DNA of 64,000 nucleotides from Octopus bimaculoides. Taxonomy: Eukaryota. Below are positions 38,353 through 48,570 of this stretch, in pieces. The stretch is from assembly GCF_001194135.2 (NCBI RefSeq), contig NC_068982.1, positions 37,148,466 to 37,212,465 on the forward strand, read 5' to 3'. A program made the translations under genes and the position numbers. How positions within the stretch are numbered: the stretch's first letter is position 1; every line of letters begins with the position of its first letter. A model generated the notes under the pieces. The model was not told where the DNA came from. It did not search any database and was given only the letters and a program-made list of their open reading frames with translations.

Positions 38353-41099
38353 TATTCAATCACTCATCCATACATGTAGATATCTATTTTTGAATCAAGA
38401 AAATAATTGAAAATATTTATTTTTAAGTCTACTTAAATAGTTGCAATCTATTAGGAGTTTTAAAGTATTTAATCTGTGAAGATGTTTCTCATAAAATATG
38501 ACATAACACGTTTAACTCACATCAGTTATAAAACAAAAGAAAAAAATCATAACATTCAGAATACCTTTATAGTATACCAGACATTATTATATTTTATATC
38601 TTTTATCTAAATGTTTTGTTTATACTAATAATTTTATTTGATGAATATCATAAAATATTTAAGAAGCGTTTTCAAATAAATTAAAGATTTTCTATTATTG
38701 TATTTCGTATTTATCACAAAATTACAAAATTTGTTTTCAATGAGATTTTCAGTAATTAATTTCTTCTAATGTTAGTGTGAAGTTTAAACCGAGGGAAGTA
38801 ACTACATTTCTTTCAATGTTTATATTTTAATATTCAATAAGAAATCTCTGCATTTCATACATTTTTGCAAACACAAATGATGTTAATTGTTCATACACAT
38901 AACTCTTTATCTTGTATCAGTTTACAACTATATTATTATTATTAAACTGCCAGATATAAAAATTTAGTGAGCAACTACATTTTGCATTCTTGTGTTTCCT
39001 AGCTAACATACCTAGAACACTTTTTAATTTTGTGAACTAGGGCATGTGCTTGCAGTTGTAGCACTTAGATTGACAGCTGAATAGTTATGGTAATTATATT
39101 GACAGGGCCTGAACACTTGAGTAAATATATTAATTTTCTTTCTTTTTTTTATTATGATTGAATTCTACTCTTCTTGTTAATGATTTGTCTGCTGAGTAAA
39201 AAGAAAAAGTTGTGTGCTTTGCCTAAGGACACATCACAATAGTTATACTGAATTTTGGACTTTACCTTGAGATCAGTAGTTGAACTTCTTATCCTTTCAG
39301 CCACTCTTCAGCTATTATTTCTATAAGCCAGCTTGGGAACCTTTATGTGATCACTCAACCAGCAAGAAATAACAGCTATCTTTCTGTCAAATTACATTTT
39401 ATCTGAAAAAAGTTAGATAGTGTGATCTTAGATATACTCTGAAGATAAAGCAGGATATTGGTGGATGAAATGCTTTTAACTATATGTTTCCTTGATCAGG
39501 ATTAATGTAGAGTTAAATGAGAACATTATAATCCCTTAGAATTGTATACTCAATATGATTCAAGATTCTGTATTTGTAAAAAGAAAAGGTCAATACTGTT
39601 AAAATGATATTAAAGAATCTATATCTACAATTATCTCAAAATAAGAATATAATAAATAAAATTATTAACTATAATCATTATAAATTGAACCCATTGTTTT
39701 ATTAAAATACCATCAATCTGTCTGTATTACTGAGATGAGAAATTATCAGTATTATACGCTAATATACATTGGACTAGTATCCTCATCTTAGTGGTTATAG
39801 TCAAATTTAAGCTGTTGTAATTTTTGACCTGTTTCAGTTGCATGTCATATTTAGTAACATTGTCAAAATTTCAAACCAAACCCTTTGTTCAACCCACTGA
39901 GGTAGAATGTCACCTTCCTGTTATTCACAGAAGATATGTTCATATTAGTTACCCTTATACTTGTAGTGCCACTTGCTTAATCCATTTAAGCCAAAGTATC
40001 CATCTGATAAACTAGAACACTTAATATTCAGTCATTTCTTATGTATTATGTTATTGTCTTGTAAAACAATTAGATAATGAAAATCAGGCTTAGAGATTTA
40101 GTGTTGTTGATTAAAGGTTCCCCTATTGTGTTCATCTCTATGCTAGGCCTACTGAAGAAGTTATCAAAGCCAGCATAATGCATTGATTCTTTTGACCATC
40201 TTGTCTGTCAGTATTGTTACTTATTAATTATTGTAACTTTGTTCCACAAGCATAACTCCCTTTTTCTTCTACAGTGATCAGCTATATCTAATTTCTATGT
40301 CTCCTCACAAATTACAACTTCACTTTAATCTTAAACCTTATTCTTAGAGGGTTACTTTCACTTTTATATTCCTTTTTACAACTGCATAGGGTTATTGATT
40401 TCTTTTCATTGAAGCTTTGTTCAGAAGAGATGGTTCATGAAAGGTAGACCTGTATTAGATGTTTATTTCATTTCATCTCATTTCATTACTATTCTGATGT
40501 ATGCACAGCAGATCAGAATTTTTTTCTGACATACATGTCTCTGAATGGTAGACAGATTCAGTTTTTTTTCTTTTTTCTATTTTGTTATTTAACTAATATT
40601 CTCAACCTTTATATCACTGTTCTTGGAAGTTGATGCTATGCTTGCAGAGTAGTCACTACATTACTCTAATGGGTCTTTCTCATCCTTATGTTGACATGTG
40701 CCTGGGTTGCTTCTCATCACTGTCACTTGCTGTTTATTGCATCCCATAGACAGTCCCTTTCTTCAGACTATGTGAATCATGGAAGTGAAAGTTCTAGTGG
40801 TGTCTGATGAATGTAGACATACAACATACAGCTGTCATGAATCTATACTCTGTATGTTATTAGCTTCCTCAAGAAAGCTAGCTTATTGTGTTTTAATTGT
40901 CTTCTGTTGTGAAGTATATTGAAGATCTTAAGTTCATTTTGTCCAGCTGCACTTCTTTCTGTTGAAGCCTGTGTATGAAAGTATCACATCCATAACTCAG
41001 CCATACAATTGAATTTAATGGTGTCCTTTCTAAAATTATTTCCCCAAAGTATTCCAGGTATATGTTTACCTTTACTAGAGATAAAGGCAAAGCTGTAGC

Positions 41100-41390
41100 T
41101 AAGCCTTTCAAGTTCAGCCCCTTGGGCTAGTGTCTTCTATAGCCCCAAATTAATCAAAGCTTTATCAGTCATTTTATAGACAGATACTGAAATAATGTGT
41201 GTGTGTCCGTCCCTACATGCATTTCACTCACTTCGTGCCTTCAAAGACATGTGAAATATGAAATCTCCTACTTGGAAAATAACTATGGGTTAATCACAGG
41301 AAAGGTATCAGATTGTAAAACCGTGCCTCAGTAATATATTCATATAATCAGGCTAGCATGAGGAAATGGATGTAAAAACAAAGAATCTAT
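41100..41390 (+). mobile_element. Old SINE copy (family of 18853 and 55902)
   Basis: cccttgggctagtgtcttctatagcc body, aggaaaggtatc tail motif and gctagcatg..aaatggatgtaaa 3' end. Confidence 0.6.
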
Positions 41391-41794
41391 GTTGAAGAAT
41401 ATACAAATTTCTCTTGAAAATTATTATGATAAAGTGGGGGCATTTCTTTGTGGATGAAAACATACATTTTACTATTGACTTCTGATAAGAAATTAGAAAA
41501 TTTCTCAGCGATCCATATATTTCTGCTTAACATGTTAAATATTGCAGGAGTTACTTCCCTTTAATTGTAGCTTCCCAGATTATCTATCTATTCTTGTAAA
41601 CAAAATATTGCATGTTCAGTTTTTCTCTTTTCATTTTTCAGTATATGGATATTTTCTCTGCATTTAAAACTTATATATCTACAGATAACTTTCTTTCTAT
41701 TCTTTCATAAAATATCCCTTCAGATATATTTCCTATCTTAATAAGGATCATCAACACATGATTAAATACTGTCTCATTTTGTTTCTATTTTGTC

Positions 41795-42179
41795 TCTTTT
41801 ATTTCTCTTTTACTTGTTTCAGTCATTTGACTGTGGCCATGCTGGACCACCGCCTTTAGTCGAGCTAATCGACCCCAGGACTTATTCTTTGGAAGCCTAG
41901 TACTTATTCTATTGGTCCTTTTGCTGAACCATTAAGTTGCAGGGACGTAAACACACCACCATCGGTCGTCAAGCGATGTTGGGGGGACAAACATATGCAC
42001 ACACATACATACATATATATATATACATACGACGGATTTCTTTCAGTTTCCATCTACCAAATCTACTCACAAGGCTTTGGTCAGCCCAAGGCTATAGTAG
42101 AAGACACTTGCCCAAGGTGCCACGCGGTGGGAATGAACCCGGAACCAAGCTACTTACCACACAGCCACTCCTGCGCCTA
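41795..42179 (-). mobile_element. Near-full-length young tRNA-derived SINE, antisense to the host gene
   Basis: Minus-strand head ggcgcaggagtggctgtgtggtaag, B box ggttcattccc (42129-42139), body ggcaccttgggcaagtgtcttctactatagcc, internal TA/CA microsatellite, purine-rich tail. Confidence 0.9.
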
Positions 42180-42276
42180 TAATAATAATTAATACTTACC
42201 ACACAGCTACTCCTGTGCCTATAATAATAATTAATACTTACCACACAGCCACTCCTGCGCCTATAATAATAATTAA
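42151..42276. repeat. 42-bp unit x3 spanning the SINE 5' junction
   Basis: tacttaccacacagccactcctgcgcctataataataattaa at 42151, 42193 and 42235; the middle unit has two substitutions. Confidence 0.97.
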
Positions 42277-42721
42277 TAATTAACAATATTAAGTTGTACT
42301 TATCTTTATAGCAATACAAGTAGCTAATATGATTACCATTCTGGTTCACTGGAACTGGAAGTTAAATTTTAGTGCAACTAGTCATGCCTAACTTTTTGCA
42401 GTTACTGGAATTATTTTCAAGATAATATTTGGTGTATATTAAAAAAGCATAATTTATATGAATGTAAAATATAAAAATATTGCAAATGTTAATTTTCTAA
42501 GAAAAACAATGCATTTTTTATTGTATGATTTTTTATTATATTTGTATGTATTTGTGCATGTACACATCCAAAAATGCACGAGTACAAATAATGTCTGTGA
42601 ATTCAAAATTCTTAAACTGTTTACCATAAAGATAATTATAGATGACTGATTGAAGTGAATGCTGCCTATAGTACTATTTAATCATTATTCTAACTTTTTA
42701 TTATTTTTTTTCACTCCCCAG

Positions 42722-42888
42722 ATTGTAAAAGAGTCTCTTGATGGCATTCAGAAAAACATTCAAGATACTCAAAAACTGTATAAGTTAACTGAAAATGGTG
42801 AAGATGAAAGTAAGGACATTATGGCCATTTCAGATCGGCTCCAGTGTCAGTGGAAAAATGTCAATGAAGCTTATTCCAAACGCTACAA
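42722..42888 (+). CDS. Internal coding exon (167 nt, phase 0 to 2) of a large spectrin-repeat protein (dystrophin/utrophin- or nesprin-like)
   Basis: Branch-like ttctaac (42688-42694), polypyrimidine tract ttttttttcactccccAG, perfect donor AA|gtaagt. Peptide IVKESLDGIQKNIQDTQKLYKLTENGEDESKDIMAISDRLQCQWKNVNEAYSKRY fits spectrin-repeat helix B, loop and helix C (L...W..V.....R). Splice evidence is strong; paralog identity is not resolved. Confidence 0.82.
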
Positions 42889-42934
42889 GTAAGTCCCTTT
42901 TATTTTTTGCAACACAGTTATTGGGCTCTTTTAT

Positions 42935-43137
42935 CTTTATTGTTACTTGTTTCAGTCATTGGACTGCAGCCAAGCTGCATCACCACCATGAAGAGTCTTA
43001 GTCAAATAAATCAACCTCAGTACTTAATTTTTTAAAGCCTGGTACTTACTCCATCAGTCTCTTTTGCCAAACAGCCAAGTTACAGGAATGTAAACAAACA
43101 CACAGCCAACACTAATTGTCAAGCAGTGGTGGTGGAC

Positions 43138-43170
<33 letters not shown>

Positions 43171-43265
43171 ATTGGCTACTTTCAGTTTCCATCTAGCAAA
43201 TCCACTTTCAAGGCTTTGGTCATCCCAGGGCTATAAAGACACTTGCCCAATGTGCCATTCAATGG
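42935..43265 (-). mobile_element. Older copy of the same SINE family as 41795-42179
   Basis: ttacttgtttcagtcatt.gactg..gcca ... tttcagtttccatcta.caaatc.act..caaggctttggtca...agacacttgccca matches the upstream copy. Confidence 0.85.
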
Positions 43266-43744
43266 AACTAGACTTGAGAACCTAGTTTTAGGAATTAATA
43301 TCTACTTTATTTTTATCCTGTCACACTGCAAGGGCCTTATAATTTGAAATGTAATATTTGTAATAAGAGATATTCATTCTTGCTGCAGGGTACTCTATGT
43401 TCTAAGGAAGGAAGCTATATTTTATTTTCTGGTTCTTTGACATAACTGTGCTATTCATATTTAGATTACTTTTAGTAAATTTAAAACAAATTGATTGTGG
43501 ATTATAGTTCTGTGGATACAATAAACTACAAGCAGCCTTTACTTTATGGAAGACTTGTGCTCCTGAAAATCTTGGTGTAATGTTGAGTCCTATCATGTGA
43601 AACTTATTTATTTTACCATTCACATTCATACTTCATGGAAGTTATTGAAGAGAGTAAAACATGCTTCACATTCCAGAACATCATGCTAATATACAATTTT
43701 CGAAAACACAAATTTCCATACTGCAGAACATGCTTGTATTTAAG

Positions 43745-43819
<75 letters not shown>

Positions 43820-44029
43820 NNNNNNNNNNNNNNNNNNNNNNNNNNNNNNNNNNNNNNNNNNNNNNNNNNNNNNNNNNNNNNNNNNNNNNNNNNNNNNNNN
43901 NNNNNNNNNNNNNNNNNNNNNNNNNNNNNNNNNNNNNNNNNNNNNNNNNNNNNNNNNNNNNNNNNNNNNNNNNNNNNNNNNNNNNNNNNNNNNNNNNNNN
44001 NNNNNNNNNNNNNNNNNNNNNNNNNNNNN

Positions 44030-44062
<33 letters not shown>
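43745..44062 (+). repeat. (CT)n tract spanning a 210-N gap
   Basis: Directly visible. Confidence 0.95.
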
Positions 44063-44065
<3 letters not shown>

Positions 44066-44954
44066 AATATATGATACTTTGTATTAACCATACAAAAATC
44101 ATTGTTTTCTCTTTAAATTTTCTCAGAAAGAAGAAATGTTCGCTAAACTTGATGTAATTAAATTTAATAATCATTTGAAATCTATGTGAAACCTGGCTAT
44201 CTAGTCACTATTATAATTTATTCTTTTACTCAGTTGGAGGTTAATGATAGTCTTTTCAAACATTTAGTATTCATTTGCTGTTGGAGAGGAGATAAAGCAA
44301 CAGAGCCAAAATGAAATGACACCACTACATTTCATGAAAGAAATAAAGGAAAAATACATCAATCCACTGCCATCTGTTACTGTTGCACTAATCTATATTT
44401 TAATTGTTTACAGTAGAGGCGTATTCTGAATCAGTGCTCCTCTCCTCATTTGTGGTTCATTTTTCCCTACTTTATTACTGTTAACACAGTTGGTGCTTCA
44501 ACAACCTCTCAGCATGTGTTTACCTTGCTGTTTTTAATGTCACAAACTCATTAGTCAGCATTCACCTTCCTTCTGTTGTTTCTCAGAAATTTTATACTAA
44601 TATTATGCCAAATCTTGACATAGATAAAATGAAGCAGCAACCTTTAAAATCCTTAGATTTTTCATCCCTCCCCTTAAAATGATTGTTCTGCCTTATTGGC
44701 AGATGTTTCAAAAAAAAAAAAAAAAAAAAAAAAAAAAACAGCTCCAATACTCATTAGGAGACTCACTTTTATTTTACAGATTTCTATCAACTGCATCACA
44801 GTTACTTATTATTCTCTAATGTATAATAAAATTGTTTTCTCACTATAACTTAATTAGAATATAAATGTTATTAATACAGCTAAGTATAAAACATATGACA
44901 GCTTTATTATATGATATATTTTGATATTCTATGTCTAATCTACACTCTATCACT

Positions 44955-47500
44955 ACATTTGAAGTATTGCCGTATCATCATCACTTTACATCTGTTTTTC
45001 CATGTGACACACGGATTGATTTGTTCTAGTAAAGCGTTTTGCCACTTTCCACGGTCTTTCATCATTTACGATCTTCATCTGCCACAAAGTCCTCCACTTA
45101 TATTGTTCAAGGATTTTTCACCAAACTGTTATCCTTAATAGACCTCAGATATCTGTACTAGCACAATCTTCTTGCTTGCATTATGGCTGATTCTTCTGAT
45201 AATCTGTTTTTCTCTCAGCTAATCTATGCTCCATTGTTCACATGTATACTAACTGTACACCTCCAGTGGAGCTTGCTTGAATCCTTTCTTTACACACCCT
45301 TTTTATTCAATGCCTATTTTTCATTACCATACTTTGTACACAAGAAGTATACAATCTGAGAAAGCTTGTGTTGTCTCCAGAAGTAATAGCTCCTTGAACT
45401 TTTCCCACCTCATTCTCATTCTGACTACTATGCATTTACCACAAACTCCTCTACTGTTGATTAGGCTACCTAGTTAATAGAAGCTATGAATTACTTCTAG
45501 TAAATGGTTGAAAGATTTCATTTTTGGTGTTTCTTTTACATATGAAGTCCTACTCTGTCAATCTGCTTGTAATTCATTCTAATGCATATAATGAAAACTT
45601 AGTACCCATAGTTTGCATTATATACAGTATAGAATTCCTACTTACTCTATTTCTGCAATTAAGCATTACCACTTTCCAGTAGGTAGTAGAGTTCTGTTTT
45701 TTTTTCTTTCCTGCTAGCTAAGCTAAAACTTTTATCTTTGGTAGGTTGATTTTCTTTTCTTTTTTTTTTCTTTTTTTTTCGCACCTCTCAGTTACAGGCC
45801 CTGCTCTCATGTTTAGAACTTTTCTAATTCTTCAACTCATTCAGCTATGAGAACTAGATTGTCACAATAGTTCCCCTGGATAGTTATGAATTCTTCTTAT
45901 ATAGCCTAGAGAATTATGATAACCAAGATGGGATTGAGAACTGAGACTTAATGGACATCTTGCATTCTAAATATCTCTAGGTCATTTAATGTTAGTTATT
46001 GTAGTTTATTCTCAGCTAAAAACTTCTGTAGTTGACTCACTGGGAAATGGTTACATGCCATGGCACAAACTCAAACTGCTTCGCATTCAATACATTCTCT
46101 CTCTAGCTTTCATGACTTGGTCCATCAATTTAATATCTTTGTACTTTCTCCTTTTTATCTTTGCCAATGTAGCAACTGAACATGTTGCTGGCGATAAAAC
46201 TTCACTGCACTGTACCCAGACAGGTATACAACACCCTTAGGTACTACATCATCAATCTAAAATTGCTATCTTTCTCACTTGGTCCAAACAACTGAAACAT
46301 TAATAGCCTCACTAGCTCCCAACACTACTGGGGTACAGACCACTAACAATAAGTGCAAAGAAACAGTCCACCATACTCACAAGTCTTTTCTGTACAGACA
46401 TACAGAAATAAACTTGAAAATGGAAATTAATACAATCAGAGACCTAGTAAAATAGATCCTTGAGTTGTATTTCGTCCTTGTTTCCATGTGTGACCACGAA
46501 CCAACAGAGCTGGTGTCCTTAATGGTCATTTTCACTAAATAGTAGTTACTATATCTAGGTGGTCTCTCTGTTGGGTCTATATGGATAGTATCTTTTTTCT
46601 TTTATATTCTCTTCATTCAACAACTCATAGTAAGCATCCCCATGCCTCTTTCTTGTCAGCATCAGTGAGGGTAAGTTTACACCTTCAATATTACATACAC
46701 TTTTCCTAGTTCATACTGACCCACTGCCTCACTATTTGGAACACCTGTTCTTTTGATTTTCAATTTTCAGGATGTTGGCAAACTTTTTTTATGTTCATTT
46801 TCTCTCCCTGCTAAGCATACTAGTACATGCCTACCTAATATTGTTCCTTTTCTTTCTTCCTCCTTTCTTCCATTCTTTCTAGACCTATCTTTTAGCCTTT
46901 ATGGCTTTGTCTACCTTGTTCTAAACTTTTAGTTGAAACCTGGCCCATCCACAGACCTGGTGTCTTTGCAGAAGATTGTCACATAGGAAAACCTAGCTGT
47001 CATAGTTCTCACTCTCATCACTTATTGCCATAGGCATATTTTGTGCTTCTTGAAAGTTATATACAATGAAGGCATCATTCAGATACCAAACCTTACTTTT
47101 CTAAGTTTGTCTTCTGTCTCTGAAGCTCTTATCCTGAATTCATTGATTACTTGTCTCTGTTGAGTTTTACAATCTTCTCTGGACAACAACATATTTGCTT
47201 TTATTTTGTTCCTCAGCTTCCCTTCCAGTAAAACAGTTTTCTGATAAATTGTCCATGCTTATATATGTCTACTCTCAATATTGATACAAATAGACAAGGA
47301 CATTGACTCATTGCCAGTGGCCACACTAACTGCAGAAAATACTCATCTCTCAATACATAATCCATTGGTTATGATGAAATTATAATTATTCTTATCTCTA
47401 GTGATGGCTCCGGTCCTAACAAGCAAATTTCTTACCTTCCACCAATATCTATTCCATAGTAAGAAAGTATGCATAATACATTTAATATCAAAAACAAAAT
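44955..47500 (-). mobile_element. Long decayed RTE LINE (APE through RT to 3' tail), antisense to the host gene
   Basis: Minus-strand order: APE remnants (~47400); EQVFQIVRQ...EKCM.NIEGKLTLTDADKKEAW...YYELLNEE (~46650-46740); SVLNPILVIIIL*AI*EEF...DNLVLIAE (~45850-45950); LEVIHSFY*LGSLINSRG...RWEKFKELL (~45380-45500); 3' end catggaaaaacagatgtaaagtgatgatgat. Confidence 0.8.
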
Positions 47501-48067
47501 AAAGTGACACATCTCAAATTCATAGTCATGAGCACATAAGAAACAAGTTAACCATATCTACATGTGTAGTCTTCATCTTCAGTTATCAGTGGGTTGTAAA
47601 GATTAGAAATGCTAACTGAATGTCACATTTAACCAGCCATTTTTCTGTGTATACCATAGATCTACTAAAATAGAGAGCATGGGAATTAACAACAAAATTT
47701 CAAGATGACTGTCTAAATGCAAAGTTGTTGCTTTGGACACTTGTGAAGTTATCACTGAAATTTAATATGGAAATCTTAATTTTATGCCCCTATAGTACTG
47801 AGATATAATTAATTATGTTGCATATATCTTTCTTACTGCAATATGTATAAAATAAATGCTTTCCAACCATTCACATCAGATACACAGTAATTCTAAAGTG
47901 ATGAATTTGGACCAAAATATGTATCAGTACTAAGATACTGACTCTTTTAAAATTTCATTTCTCATGTTGTCAGCGAAACACTTTCTTCACACACTAAAAT
48001 AATAGATTGCATTTGAGAAAAATTGGACTGGCAACAATATTGTCAAAAACTTCTTCCAGCCTTTCTG

Positions 48068-48570
48068 TCATCATCATCATCATCGTTTAATGTCCGCTTT
48101 CCATGCTAGCATGGGTTGGACGATCTGACTGAGGACTGGCGAACCAGATGGCTATACCAGGCTCCAATTTGATTTGGCAGAGTTTCTACAGCTGGATGCC
48201 CTTCCTAACGCCAACCACTCCAAGAGTGTAGTGGGTGCTTTTACGTGCCACCGGCACGAAGGCCAGTCTGGCGATACTGGCAATGGCCACGCTCAAAATG
48301 GTGTATTTTACGTGTCATCTGCACAGGAGCCAGTCAAGCGGCACTGGCAACGACCTCGCTCGAATGTTTTTTCACGTGCCACCGGCACAAGTACCAGGAA
48401 GGCGACGCTGGTAACGATCACGCTCAAATGGTGTTATTTACGTGCCACTGGCATGGAAGCCAGACAGCTGCTCTGGCAACGATCACGCTCAGACAGTGCT
48501 CTTAGCGCGCGATGGGTACAGGTGCCATCACGATTTCGCTTTCACTTGCCTCAACAGGTCTTCGCAATCC
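48068..48570 (-). mobile_element. Young RTE-tail SINE with four internal ~65-bp units and (GAT)n tail
   Basis: Reverse-complement match to 31353-31646; repeated units t(t)acgtgccaccggcac...ctggcaacga.cacgctc; CpG-rich. Confidence 0.9.

Noticed and set aside
42151-42276. 42-bp repeats as a CRISPR-like array
   Set aside because: Contiguous tandem units with no unique spacers, derived from a SINE junction, in eukaryotic DNA with no cas genes.
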